DNA of 64,000 nucleotides from a virus (Duplodnaviria > Caudoviricetes), in the IMG/VR virus record IMGVR_UViG_3300033066_000276, positions 16,097 through 80,096 of that record, one strand, 5' to 3'. Positions 9,498 to 18,355 of the stretch are shown here, in pieces. Both the position numbers and the translations under genes were made by a program. The notes beneath the pieces are model-generated. The model was given only the letters and a program-made list of their open reading frames with translations. It did no database searches and had not been told where the DNA came from. Each line of letters opens with the position of its first letter. Position 1 is the stretch's first letter.

Positions 9498-12400
9498 TTA
9501 TCGCTTGCTACGGGATTGGATCGACTTGCGAACCAACGCGAGATTGATTGGCTTCTGCGTAGCCGTCTCCTGTTTCGTATCATCGTCTTCGTCATCCGTT
9601 ACAATCTTGCCAGCAGTGGCGAGGCGATCTCGGAAGTCACCGCCACCATCATCGTCGCGTTGAAAGTTGTAGCTGGCGTTCTCAACCGTTCTTGCAACTA
9701 CGTTGCGAGCGTCGGTCGATTCTTTCGCCAGTTCGTCAGCCTTCGCAAAAGCAACTTGGACAAAGTCCTCGCCTGCTTCGGCAAATGCTGTGTCGATCAA
9801 TTTAGCTGGATGCTTAACACCGTTTTGCTCCAGCAGTTCGTAGAGCTTCGCTTTGACCGGGTGGTCTTGCAGATCTTTCAAGCACTGCTTGTTCATAGCA
9901 GCGAGAGCAATCTGAAGCCCGTGACGAAGCGCCGATCTGAACTCTTTCTGCTTACCTTTGAGTTCGGCAAGCCGCTTACTCATTTGCTCTTCGATGAAAT
10001 TGGCCGCTTCTTGGTCAATGTCAAAGGCAAGCTCAATCGGCTCAAGGCCGAACGTAAGCGCAAGTTCATCTGACTCTGCACCATGCTCTTTGGCCGCAGC
10101 CAAGAAAGCCGTTTCAAGAGTCGAGATCTTCGTCCACACCTTGGCAGTTTCAGGCTTGGCCTTATCGTAGTTCAACACTGCGACAGGTTGTCCATCTACC
10201 ATGACGTAGACTTTTTTCATGTCTTTCCCGCCATGAGCGAGTTCGACGTCCTTCTCGAAGAAGGTACTAGCGACCTCCTTGAGGAGATTTCGTGCTAGCA
10301 CTGTATCAGCTCCTGCGTATGAGAACGAAAGTGGGTTGGCACGATGCTTTTTGTAAGCCTCGTAACCCTTACGATCCTCTGCTTCTCGATCTGCGTCTTC
10401 TTGTTCCTTTTGGGATTTCAGATGACGTAGCTCTTCAAGTTCTTGTGCAGTCTTCGCAGGCTTCTGCTTCTCTTCCTCGTGCTTTTGCATTTCATCTTCG
10501 TCGAAAGACTCAGGGTGACGCGCCTTGATGCCTTTGATGGCACCCTTCGTGTCCTTGATCCTTTGCTTTTCTTCGTCGATGCGCTTGCGTTGGAAGTTCT
10601 TCGACTTAAGAGCTTTGATCTTGTTGTCGTCGCGAGCAATCTTGCGCTTACGGCCAACCGGCCCCAAGCCAAACTGCTCACCGACAAAATTCTCAAACTT
10701 CTTACCAGCCTTACGAGCCCAGCGGTGAACTGGGGAGGTACTGAACTTCTTGGGATCACCTTGGAAGGCTTGCTCAAGAATATCGTTCACACGACCGACG
10801 TAGGTGTGAGCCAGAACCATAACGTCAAGAGCGTCTTGCTCTTCTTCGATCATCGACGAGACTTCCTCACTGTAAAGTGGGGACTTCTTGTCACCGAGGA
10901 TCGTAGCCATCGACAGAGCCACATACAGGTTCTCGTTCTCAGACGAAAGGTCTGGGTAACGGTTGAACTTGTCGTGGAACTCAACGCGGGCCGCGATGTA
11001 AGCCGAGCCAACGATGTGGTTCAACGATGCGACTTCTTCGTCGTCAGTGCTCGACTCTTCGATTTCATCATCGTCTTCCGAGGCTTCCACCTCTTCTTCG
11101 ATTTCGTCATCATCAGCGTCGGCGTTGACTTCTTCGATGTCTACGTCAACTTCTTCGTCAGTACCATCGGCGATCTCTGCAAATTCAACGTCGAAGGTTG
11201 GAAGCAAGGTGGAAAGTTCTTCCCACTTGTCACCGGCTTCTTCTACACCGAACAGCTTTCGCGTTGCCGCAATGTCGAGGTCATCCTCAGTCGGGAGCGA
11301 GTCAACGTCCACAGCATCAATCGACTTGCCAAGAGCTTTGAACTCGGCGAGGGCGGCAAAGTCGCCTCGCGTCTTCTTGATCTTGCCGAACTGATCGCGC
11401 AGTTGTTGATACTTCTCAAGCGTCAGGGTGCCGTTTTTGATACCCTTATTCTTTTCCTTTTTGATCTTCAGCAAGGCTTCACGACGAGAGTTCTTACTCA
11501 GGCCAAGACCTTCCTTGAGACGATCACCAAGGTTCTTGGTGTCACGACCGTTGATAACGACAGACTCTTCAGCCTCATCATCATCATCCGACGAAGCCTC
11601 GGTTTCTTCTTCCTCGTCGTCACCGGCGTCATCGTCCTCATCGGACTCATCATCGCCGCTGTCGTCGTCTTCCGAGTCATTCTCATCGGACTCGTCGTCG
11701 CCTTCGCCCTCATCGGATTCATCATCCTCATCGGACTCGTCGTCGCCATCATCTTCGGTGTCTTCGTCGTCTTCTGACTCGTCGTCACCGCCGTCGTCAT
11801 CGTCGTCACCAGACAATTCAGCATCATCGTCTTCGTCGTCAGATGCCTCTTCTGAGTCATCGTCTTCGTCGTCAGATGCCTCTTCTGAGTCATCGTCTTC
11901 GCTGTCGTCGGCTGAAAGTTCTGTATCTTCTTCGATCAGATCATCATCGTCCGAGGCTTCTTCAGCATCGTCGTCATCGTCAGACTCTTCCGAGGCTTCT
12001 TCGGACTCATCCTCGTCGTCATCATCTGACGCCGTGGTCTCATCGTCATCATCCTCGTCATCAGACGATTCTTCGCTGTCGTCGTCATCGTCAGACTCTT
12101 CCGAGGCTTCTACTTCCTCGTCGTCATCGTCTTCCGATGCTTCCTCAGCATCATCATCTTCTTCGTCGGAGGCTTCTTCAGATTCTTCTTCGTCGGAGGC
12201 TTCTTCAGATTCTTCTTCGTCGTCATCGGAAGCAGCTTCTACTTCCTCAACGTCATCAGAATCTTCTTCGGCTTCTTCTGTTTCTTCGTCGTCCTGGGCA
12301 GCAACAGCCACCAGGGTATTGCAGACGTTGCAATGGATCTTTCGGCCGTCTAGGGCCGTAGCAACTTCTGGCGTGGCACGCAGGGTGACGCCGCAGGTCT

Positions 12401-12659
12401 CACAGTCGCCAATAATTGACATTGATGCGACCTCAGCCCCATCCAAGTCAACTTGACCATTATCGTCTGCAGCCATCACTTCCCCGTTAATCGGTGAGTA
12501 CGGCTGAAGACTGTCATTCGTGATGACCCGGATGCCCGAGGTGCATGTGTGTGCCCTCGCGCAGACCGGCGTAACCACGTTGATAGGGTGAGACACAATG
12601 ACAGGGAGCTTAACCCCTTTCATCGCCTTCTCAACCTTCGCGGTTTCGGAAATCTTCAT
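9498..12659 (-). CDS. Very acidic scaffold / prohead core protein, possibly processed as a polyprotein
   Basis: Likely ATG at 12659 after GGAG (ORF track starts at 12686). N-terminal Cys pairs (CETC, CNVC), a long Asp/Glu/Ser tract, helical C-terminal domain; upstream of decoration and capsid genes. Confidence 0.7.
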   Translation of the reverse strand: MKISETAKVEKAMKGVKLPVIVSHPINVVTPVCARAHTCTSGIRVITNDSLQPYSPINGEVMAADDNGQVDLDGAEVASMSIIGDCETCGVTLRATPEVATALDGRKIHCNVCNTLVAVAAQDDEETEEAEEDSDDVEEVEAASDDDEEESEEASDEEESEEASDEEDDDAEEASEDDDDEEVEASEESDDDDDSEESSDDEDDDDETTASDDDDEDESEEASEESDDDDDAEEASDDDDLIEEDTELSADDSEDDDSEEASDDEDDDSEEASDDEDDDAELSGDDDDDGGDDESEDDEDTEDDGDDESDEDDESDEGEGDDESDENDSEDDDSGDDESDEDDDAGDDEEEETEASSDDDDEAEESVVINGRDTKNLGDRLKEGLGLSKNSRREALLKIKKEKNKGIKNGTLTLEKYQQLRDQFGKIKKTRGDFAALAEFKALGKSIDAVDVDSLPTEDDLDIAATRKLFGVEEAGDKWEELSTLLPTFDVEFAEIADGTDEEVDVDIEEVNADADDDEIEEEVEASEDDDEIEESSTDDEEVASLNHIVGSAYIAARVEFHDKFNRYPDLSSENENLYVALSMATILGDKKSPLYSEEVSSMIEEEQDALDVMVLAHTYVGRVNDILEQAFQGDPKKFSTSPVHRWARKAGKKFENFVGEQFGLGPVGRKRKIARDDNKIKALKSKNFQRKRIDEEKQRIKDTKGAIKGIKARHPESFDEDEMQKHEEEKQKPAKTAQELEELRHLKSQKEQEDADREAEDRKGYEAYKKHRANPLSFSYAGADTVLARNLLKEVASTFFEKDVELAHGGKDMKKVYVMVDGQPVAVLNYDKAKPETAKVWTKISTLETAFLAAAKEHGAESDELALTFGLEPIELAFDIDQEAANFIEEQMSKRLAELKGKQKEFRSALRHGLQIALAAMNKQCLKDLQDHPVKAKLYELLEQNGVKHPAKLIDTAFAEAGEDFVQVAFAKADELAKESTDARNVVARTVENASYNFQRDDDGGGDFRDRLATAGKIVTDDEDDDTKQETATQKPINLALVRKSIQSRSKR
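11825..11901. repeat. 33-bp tandem repeat (about 2.3 copies) encoding DDSEEASDDED
   Basis: catcgtcttcgtcgtcagatgcctcttctgagt at 11825-11857 and 11858-11890, plus a partial third copy. Confidence 0.9.
12157..12222. repeat. 27-bp tandem repeat (about 2.4 copies) encoding EEESEEASD
   Basis: tcttcttcgtcggaggcttcttcagat at 12157-12183 and 12184-12210, plus a partial copy. Confidence 0.9.
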
Positions 12660-12795
12660 CAGGTTTCTCCAGATTAGCCAGGGCAAAGGTATAGCAATGG
12701 CCTCGACTACCCCTAAAATTAGCCGAGTTGATTAAAATCCATGCAAAACAACACCTAGACGCAAGTTTGGTTCAAATGCGAGTGCTTTGAAGACG

Positions 12796-12822
12796 AAAAA
12801 AGCGAGGGCTGAAAACCCTCGC
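12796..12822 (-). terminator. Rho-independent terminator
   Basis: Minus strand GCGAGGG-TTTTCAG-CCCTCGC followed by TTTTTT, in the only large intergenic gap, downstream of 12962..13312. Confidence 0.85.
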
Positions 12823-12961
12823 ATGTGCATGTTTTTATTCAGTTTTTTGTGTCAGTTCGGCGGCTGCAATTGCCTCGATTTGGAGGACACTTCGGTCTGG
12901 TACGTGATTGACACTAGAGCGTTTTTAGACCTGTTTTTCTGCTATTCCACCTGTTTTAGCT

Positions 12962-13312
12962 CTATCTCTCAATGTTTTCCCAGAAGCGTTTCTCATCAGG
13001 ATTCAACTCTTCCAGAGGGAGCCTTTCGCCCGCCGCTAGATGGGTACTGTCGCCATGGAAGTATATCTCGCCATGCTCTATGTTGTAATGGCAGATCTGT
13101 TCACGATCCTTACCGTTACGGCGACCCTTAGAGTGTCTTAGGCTTGGAGTAAAGTGCGGTTTGTGCTGGTCGAAGTTAAACTCCCAGGTCGGCCCTCCCT
13201 CTGGCCGATCGAATGGAATGACATGGGCTTCATTGCAGCCTTGGCAATGATGGACGAAGCCACACCCCGGCAGGAAGTAGAGCTTACCGAAATAACCTCG
13301 AACGATAGTCAT
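12962..13312 (-). CDS. DUF6527-like small Cys/His (putative Zn-binding) protein
   Basis: HCQGCNEAH...WEFN...P.FTPS...ICHYNIEHGEIYFHGDSTH.AG pattern; likely ATG at 13312 right after the stop of the upstream gene. Confidence 0.6.
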   Translation of the reverse strand: MTIVRGYFGKLYFLPGCGFVHHCQGCNEAHVIPFDRPEGGPTWEFNFDQHKPHFTPSLRHSKGRRNGKDREQICHYNIEHGEIYFHGDSTHLAAGERLPLEELNPDEKRFWENIER

Positions 13313-13313
13313 C

Positions 13314-15320
13314 TTACCCTTCTGCATTCTTACCCATCAGCCACTTTGGAATCTTCAAACCTTGGTTGGTGAACCACTCTCTCATCCAACCTTTGTCAAT
13401 GTAAGACTTGACGCTGGTAGACCAAATTGGTTCACCTGTTGCTTTCTTGTGACCCAACGTGACCGCTACCGGCTCAGCCACTTCCTTCTTAAACCACGCC
13501 TCTACCGCTCGTTGTTTGTCAGCAAGCGACATACCTTTGGCTAGACGAGGTTTCTTTCCTTGCCCGTCGAGGATTTCCTGAGCCGTCATTGTGCCGCGAA
13601 CGTGACGAATCTTGTGAGCAGTTGACGGAAAGCCAATGTGCTTGAGATACTCGTTAGCAGCTTTCTCAGTAACCCTCTTCTGACCGATGCCGTAGGTCCA
13701 CAGAAAGTCGGCTTTGCTCTTGCCAGTAATCAGTTTCTGTAACAGCTTGCCAGCCTTCTTTTGCACCGGAGTCTTGAACTTGGTAATGTGGTTTTGACCA
13801 ATGTCCGACTTGCCACTGTACTTTAGAGCAATGCTGCTAACACCAGCATCAGTGCTATTGAGACGTACGTTATTGATGACCAGTGAGGACATACCGTCGT
13901 TCTTGTTCTTCAGTGAGCCAATACGTGCGGCGGTGTCCCATGTCATCCATACCAACAAGACAGTAACATCGTTCTTGTCAAGAACCTTCTTGTTGTCATC
14001 GATCTTACGAATATCGGCTTGCAGTCGTGCCACGATCTTTGGTGCAGCGGCAATACATTCACGGATTGTTTCATCCTTACCACTTTCACGGCGTTGGGTG
14101 TGTCCCTGCGTGTAGTAAGAATTGACCCCACCTGACTTGAGAGGTTTCAGATCAGTGATTGGAATGTCGTCATAGTCACCATCGTTGTCAAACACGACAC
14201 GGACATTCTTGCCGTCAATCTTCTCAACGGTGACCTTATTCAAGCGGCCATCCCATTTGATGACTGCTCTATCACCAACTTTCCAAGCGGTTTTCGTTTC
14301 GTTAGACTTGTCATCTACCGCTTTGATGTAATAGGTGCTGCTGCCTTGTGTGTATTCCGGGTTCATAGTAACCGGACGTCCAGGCAACGGCCAGCCTTCC
14401 ACTGCTTCACCGTAAGGTGTGAACAGAGACAAAGCGCCTTCCTTGGTCAGACCAATATTGCCAGTGTAGCCGGTCGGTACTCGGCTCCAAGGAATACCAG
14501 CCTTCTTCATCTGGGCTTCAAATTCGACCGCAGGGACATGCTGTTTGCCGCTTGAACGCAACATGCTCTTGGCTTGCGTATTCCATAGCTTAACAGCTTC
14601 ACTAGCCGAACGCTTGTAGATAGCGAGCGCACCCGCCTTCTTTGGGTCTGCTGCCAGCCTTACTTCTTCCGAGTAAGTCAGCAGATAGCCCTTACGATTG
14701 ACCAGCTTGAGCACACCTGCTTGGAGTTCTTCTCCCAGCTTCGTGGTCTGTGACCGATCGTGTTGCTTGACGAACTTCTTCTTGACGTTGATGTCCTTGA
14801 CCACGTTGCTGAAATTGACAACGTTGTTCCAAGCCGAAGCACTATCGTGGTTACGAAGATAAGAGCCAACGTGTTTGAAGCTGACAATCAGAGAGTAATC
14901 GTTAGCTTGAGCCGCATTGTCCAACTGCTTGGTGAACGTCAACAGTTCGTTACCAACCTGTACCGCCTTCTCCTTTACCTCTGGAACATAACCGCCACTT
15001 TTGACCAGGGTGTCAGCAATCTCAGTCAGCTCTCGATAGCCCAAGCACATACCGGTTGTGATTTGCAGAGAACGAATGGTGCTTGACCACTTCTTCAATG
15101 CCTCAGCGTCTTGTGGCGTGCATGTACGGCTGTGAACGATATGTGCCAGCAGATAATAGGCATCTACCACCAAGGCAACTCGATCACCTTGGTATTCCAT
15201 GTCCGGAACGTTTGAGGCTTTCTTCTTGCGTCGGGCTGCCACTTCGGTTACTAGACCGGAAGCGACGAACGCCAGCACTTCTGCGTTGTTTAGGTGTTCT
15301 GGGTTCACGTAGAGTCGCAT
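13314..15320 (-). CDS. DNA topoisomerase IB-like protein with N-terminal extension and Tudor/KOW-like insert
   Basis: Catalytic-type motifs AARIGS, LKYSGKS, HKIRHVRGT, LGH...SVKSYID (Tyr nucleophile), matching bacterial/poxviral Topo IB; insert WKVGDRAVIKWDG...VRVVFDNDGDYDDIPITDLKPL. Confidence 0.8.
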   Translation of the reverse strand: MRLYVNPEHLNNAEVLAFVASGLVTEVAARRKKKASNVPDMEYQGDRVALVVDAYYLLAHIVHSRTCTPQDAEALKKWSSTIRSLQITTGMCLGYRELTEIADTLVKSGGYVPEVKEKAVQVGNELLTFTKQLDNAAQANDYSLIVSFKHVGSYLRNHDSASAWNNVVNFSNVVKDINVKKKFVKQHDRSQTTKLGEELQAGVLKLVNRKGYLLTYSEEVRLAADPKKAGALAIYKRSASEAVKLWNTQAKSMLRSSGKQHVPAVEFEAQMKKAGIPWSRVPTGYTGNIGLTKEGALSLFTPYGEAVEGWPLPGRPVTMNPEYTQGSSTYYIKAVDDKSNETKTAWKVGDRAVIKWDGRLNKVTVEKIDGKNVRVVFDNDGDYDDIPITDLKPLKSGGVNSYYTQGHTQRRESGKDETIRECIAAAPKIVARLQADIRKIDDNKKVLDKNDVTVLLVWMTWDTAARIGSLKNKNDGMSSLVINNVRLNSTDAGVSSIALKYSGKSDIGQNHITKFKTPVQKKAGKLLQKLITGKSKADFLWTYGIGQKRVTEKAANEYLKHIGFPSTAHKIRHVRGTMTAQEILDGQGKKPRLAKGMSLADKQRAVEAWFKKEVAEPVAVTLGHKKATGEPIWSTSVKSYIDKGWMREWFTNQGLKIPKWLMGKNAEG

Positions 15321-15383
15321 TTGGCCTTACCGTGGCTAAGCTAGGGGTGTCGAAATAGGATGTGTTTTGAGGGCTCAATCAGG

Positions 15384-15509
15384 CTATTTGGAGCCTGTAT
15401 CGTCCTTATTAGAGTCATTTCTACGGCTGTAGTTGAAGTAGATGCTGTAGGCTGCCAGAACTAGAAACAGCACGATAACGACGATTCCGCCAACATTCTC
15501 AATAGGCAT
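15384..15509 (-). CDS. Small single-pass membrane protein (41 aa)
   Basis: Manual translation MPIENVGGIVVIVLFLVLAAYSIYFNYSRRNDSNKDDTGSK, with GGAG upstream. Confidence 0.55.
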   Translation of the reverse strand: MPIENVGGIVVIVLFLVLAAYSIYFNYSRRNDSNKDDTGSK

Positions 15510-15513
15510 GTCC

Positions 15514-15867
15514 CTACTCCAGTCTTATGCCGTGGTCTGATTGACCACATTGCGAACACTTACCCTTCCGGCCCACTGAGTCGCAAGTATGTACCTTGAC
15601 AAACTTCTTCTTGGCCGTACAGTTGGGGCAAGGAACATAGTTTAGGCCACCTCTATTATTCAACGGGTGGCCTTTGGCTTTTGCCTCTGCAACGGTATGG
15701 CTTATCCATTCCTGTTGCGAGCGAGCCGACTTCTTCTGGAACGTCTGAATCCACCAGTTCGTGCAACAGGTTGGAATACCATTGACCCGACCTAGCTTCC
15801 GATGATGGTCTTCAGGCTTACCACCAAAAATAGCTACTTCGTTGGACCGAGTGAACTTGATCTGCAT
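15514..15867 (-). CDS. Cys-rich (Zn-finger) hypothetical protein
   Basis: Likely start MQIKFTRS at 15867; PTCCTNWW, CPNC and CSQC motifs. Confidence 0.6.
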   Translation of the reverse strand: MQIKFTRSNEVAIFGGKPEDHHRKLGRVNGIPTCCTNWWIQTFQKKSARSQQEWISHTVAEAKAKGHPLNNRGGLNYVPCPNCTAKKKFVKVHTCDSVGRKGKCSQCGQSDHGIRLE

Positions 15868-15868
15868 G

Positions 15869-17713
15869 TCACTTGGCCTCCATCCTTTCAAAGCCTAGTT
15901 TCTGCATGTGATCGTGCAGTTCCTGTGGGCCGTGTACTACTCTGGTGTAGTGGGTCTTTGTTTCACCGGCTACGGATTTTTTTCCGCCCTTCGTTATGAA
16001 CGCCACACCTTCTGGTCCACTTACTTTATTTCTCATATACTTCTTCTTAGGCATCCCCCACTTGACAGTTACATCAGGAGCAGCAGTTTCTTTTGATAGA
16101 GCCTCACCGACCGGCTCATCCTTAGGCATAATGACTTTGAGTTTCTTGTCCCATACCTCTTTGCACTTGTTCAAGAACTTGCGCCACGGCTTCGTCTCTA
16201 CCAGTGACAGGTTCTTGATCTTGCGCTGGTGAGCGCGGTCGAGAATGTCTTGCAGAATACCAGTGTCCCGCACCGCCTTGTAGGCTACGTTCTGCACTTT
16301 CCATTCAGCTCCAGGGCTGCCATCGAGTGAAGAATTACGCAGGCCAACAATTTGACCACGGACCTTCATCATCTTGTCAATGTCACCAGACTTGATGGCA
16401 TCATTGAGTTGCTTCATCCAAGCGTTCTTGAGTGCCGTGGCAGCCTTTTTGTTGACCGTCGGTTTGACCCACTTGGGCTTCTTGATCCATTCGTTCTTGG
16501 TCAACGAGTATTGACCATCAGACGTATGCACCTGATCGAGTGGATCGATCGACAATTCAACCGGCAAGCCCATCACCCGCACGTCTTTGTAGCGTTGTTT
16601 CCAGGCAATCTGTTTAGCCTGAATAATCATACGGTCGGCTGGATTCTTTAACGTGCTGATGATATGCACGTCGATGTCTGAGCCCTTGTGATAGTTGAAG
16701 TTGGCGTTGGAGCCCTTGAACAGAACCTCGTGCTCTTCCATCTTGATGTTCATGAACTGCTTGTAGGTGTTCACGATCTGAGACAGCTTGGCACGCACTT
16801 CCGGTTTCAGATAGGCATCCTTGCCGAACAGCTTAGGGTTCAGCTTATCGTGGTAGACGTAAGCCGTTTCAACTGACGCCGTGACTACAGCCTGCTTCGG
16901 CTTAATCAGCATCTGCGGGTCAACTAGCTCTTCCGGCTTGATGTAACGCTTAGCACCCTTTTTGCTCAGGGTCAGCTCTTGGTTACGCAGGCTATTCATC
17001 TTCTCGTTCATCTTGTCTAGGTAACCCATCGACCGCACCAGACGATAGGCGAGGTTGTAGGGATTAGTCTCACCCTCAACCGAACCAGGGTTAGCGTTGA
17101 GGATGGTGCGACGAGCTTTGAGAATGTCCTGGTTGCAAGCTAGGATAGTTTGGAAATCGTTGGTCTTCAACGCCGCATTGATACGCTGACACATTGATAG
17201 AGCCAGCTTGCGAATACGCATGTCCTTCTTGTTGAAAGTAAACTTGATCGGCGGTGCGACCCACGTGTTCTTGATGAGTGAATACACACCGCCAGCGGGC
17301 TTCGGTTGTTCTTCATGCTCAACGAAGACTTCAATCGGCAAGCCAACAGCTTTAATCTTACGCAGCTTCTTCCACAGCACCGTCTTGGTGTAGATCATAT
17401 CACGAATGAACATCTCACCGTGCGTGTTCAACTGAATGTGAACGTCGAGATCTGACTTGCCAGAGTAATTGTAGTTGGCGTTGCTACCCGAGATGTTAAT
17501 GTCACTGATCGGATAGGTCTGAATATCGATCTTGGCAAATGCCAAAAACCCCCTGACGACTTTCAGGAGGTGCTGACGAATGTGCGGCCGCATCTTGCGG
17601 TTCTCATCCCAAATCTGTGGGTTCAAATCCTTGTGTTGCTTGAGGCCGTGCGTGGTAGGTGGCAGGCCGACCTTTTCCAACAGGGCTTGATCGCGGTAGA
17701 AGTTGTAACGCAT
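15869..17713 (-). CDS. Protein with two tandem Pol-beta-superfamily nucleotidyltransferase domains
   Basis: Two copies of the GS..DxD signature, ISGSNANYNYSGKSDLDVH and FKGSNANFNYHKGSDIDVH, each preceded by LNP.(I/L)(W/F) and followed by G.Y.L.KN.W. Confidence 0.8.
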   Translation of the reverse strand: MRYNFYRDQALLEKVGLPPTTHGLKQHKDLNPQIWDENRKMRPHIRQHLLKVVRGFLAFAKIDIQTYPISDINISGSNANYNYSGKSDLDVHIQLNTHGEMFIRDMIYTKTVLWKKLRKIKAVGLPIEVFVEHEEQPKPAGGVYSLIKNTWVAPPIKFTFNKKDMRIRKLALSMCQRINAALKTNDFQTILACNQDILKARRTILNANPGSVEGETNPYNLAYRLVRSMGYLDKMNEKMNSLRNQELTLSKKGAKRYIKPEELVDPQMLIKPKQAVVTASVETAYVYHDKLNPKLFGKDAYLKPEVRAKLSQIVNTYKQFMNIKMEEHEVLFKGSNANFNYHKGSDIDVHIISTLKNPADRMIIQAKQIAWKQRYKDVRVMGLPVELSIDPLDQVHTSDGQYSLTKNEWIKKPKWVKPTVNKKAATALKNAWMKQLNDAIKSGDIDKMMKVRGQIVGLRNSSLDGSPGAEWKVQNVAYKAVRDTGILQDILDRAHQRKIKNLSLVETKPWRKFLNKCKEVWDKKLKVIMPKDEPVGEALSKETAAPDVTVKWGMPKKKYMRNKVSGPEGVAFITKGGKKSVAGETKTHYTRVVHGPQELHDHMQKLGFERMEAK

Positions 17714-17715
17714 GA

Positions 17716-18354
17716 TTATTTCTCAACCCCAATTTGGAATACTTGTTTAGCGAATGGGTCAACGATGACTAGCTTATCCTGTGTGTTCATCATCAGGTTG
17801 CCTGGGTTCAGATCGAAACGAAACAGCGGTGTCGCTAGCTTCTGTAGGCCCAAGACGGTTCTAGTGAGTGATTCTAGTTGTTTGGTCTTGCGCAAGTAAG
17901 CGCGAAATTCTCTGGCTCGACCGAGGATATCTGGGTTGTAGTTGTCTGGCATCGTCTTTGACAAAGCCAACCCAATGATCGCGTTACCCCAACCAAGATT
18001 ACCCGCAGCCAATAGCTTTCTAAGGTTTGGTGGCAGAGGCTTAAGCCGTTGTAGTCTAACTGCGTACATGCGCTTGCCGACACGCACCGTCTTACCAATG
18101 ATGTTTGGTAGGTGCTTATTTGTCTTAGCCTTGCGGCAATGAGCTAGGAAGACACTGTAACCGTGATCGAACTTGTAGCACTTGAGAACTTGCGATGTAT
18201 CACCCGGCTTAATGAAGACACGAGCCATCGCACCCGCACCAATCTTCTTGGTGAAGCCTACCTTTTTGGCGTAGTTTGCGGCCTTTATTTCAAAGGCAGG
18301 ATCAATGGTTAGTACACCGCCATAGATGTACGAGCGCTCGAAGTAGTAGCGCAT
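17716..18354 (-). CDS. Ser/Thr protein kinase, T7 gp0.7-like
   Basis: IGAGAMARVF glycine loop, VLKC lysine, FLAHCR...LPNI, FDLNPGNLM catalytic loop and IVDPF mirror the gp0.7 kinase layout. Confidence 0.8.
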   Translation of the reverse strand: MRYYFERSYIYGGVLTIDPAFEIKAANYAKKVGFTKKIGAGAMARVFIKPGDTSQVLKCYKFDHGYSVFLAHCRKAKTNKHLPNIIGKTVRVGKRMYAVRLQRLKPLPPNLRKLLAAGNLGWGNAIIGLALSKTMPDNYNPDILGRAREFRAYLRKTKQLESLTRTVLGLQKLATPLFRFDLNPGNLMMNTQDKLVIVDPFAKQVFQIGVEK

Positions 18355-18355
18355 C

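Noticed and set aside
11825-12222. Direct repeats that could suggest a CRISPR array
   Set aside because: Repeats are contiguous, in-frame multiples of 3 with no unique spacers; they encode acidic peptide repeats.
10443-12456. Long plus-strand ORFs (444 aa and 342 aa poly-Ser)
   Set aside because: Antisense shadows of the Asp/Glu-rich scaffold gene: GAC/GAA/GAT codons read as TCx/GTC/TTC on the other strand and rarely give stops. No RBS or domain signal.
12690-12790. Phage-specific late promoter motif (AATTTT-containing) upstream of scaffold and polymerase
   Set aside because: Only a short AT-rich similarity at a few sites (about 12716 and 61080); not enough instances to define a consensus by eye.
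13314-15320. Tyrosine recombinase / integrase reading of the R..K..HxxR..H..Y motifs
   Set aside because: Motif spacing and the KSYI(D) ending fit Topo IB better; no att sites or lysogeny module seen.
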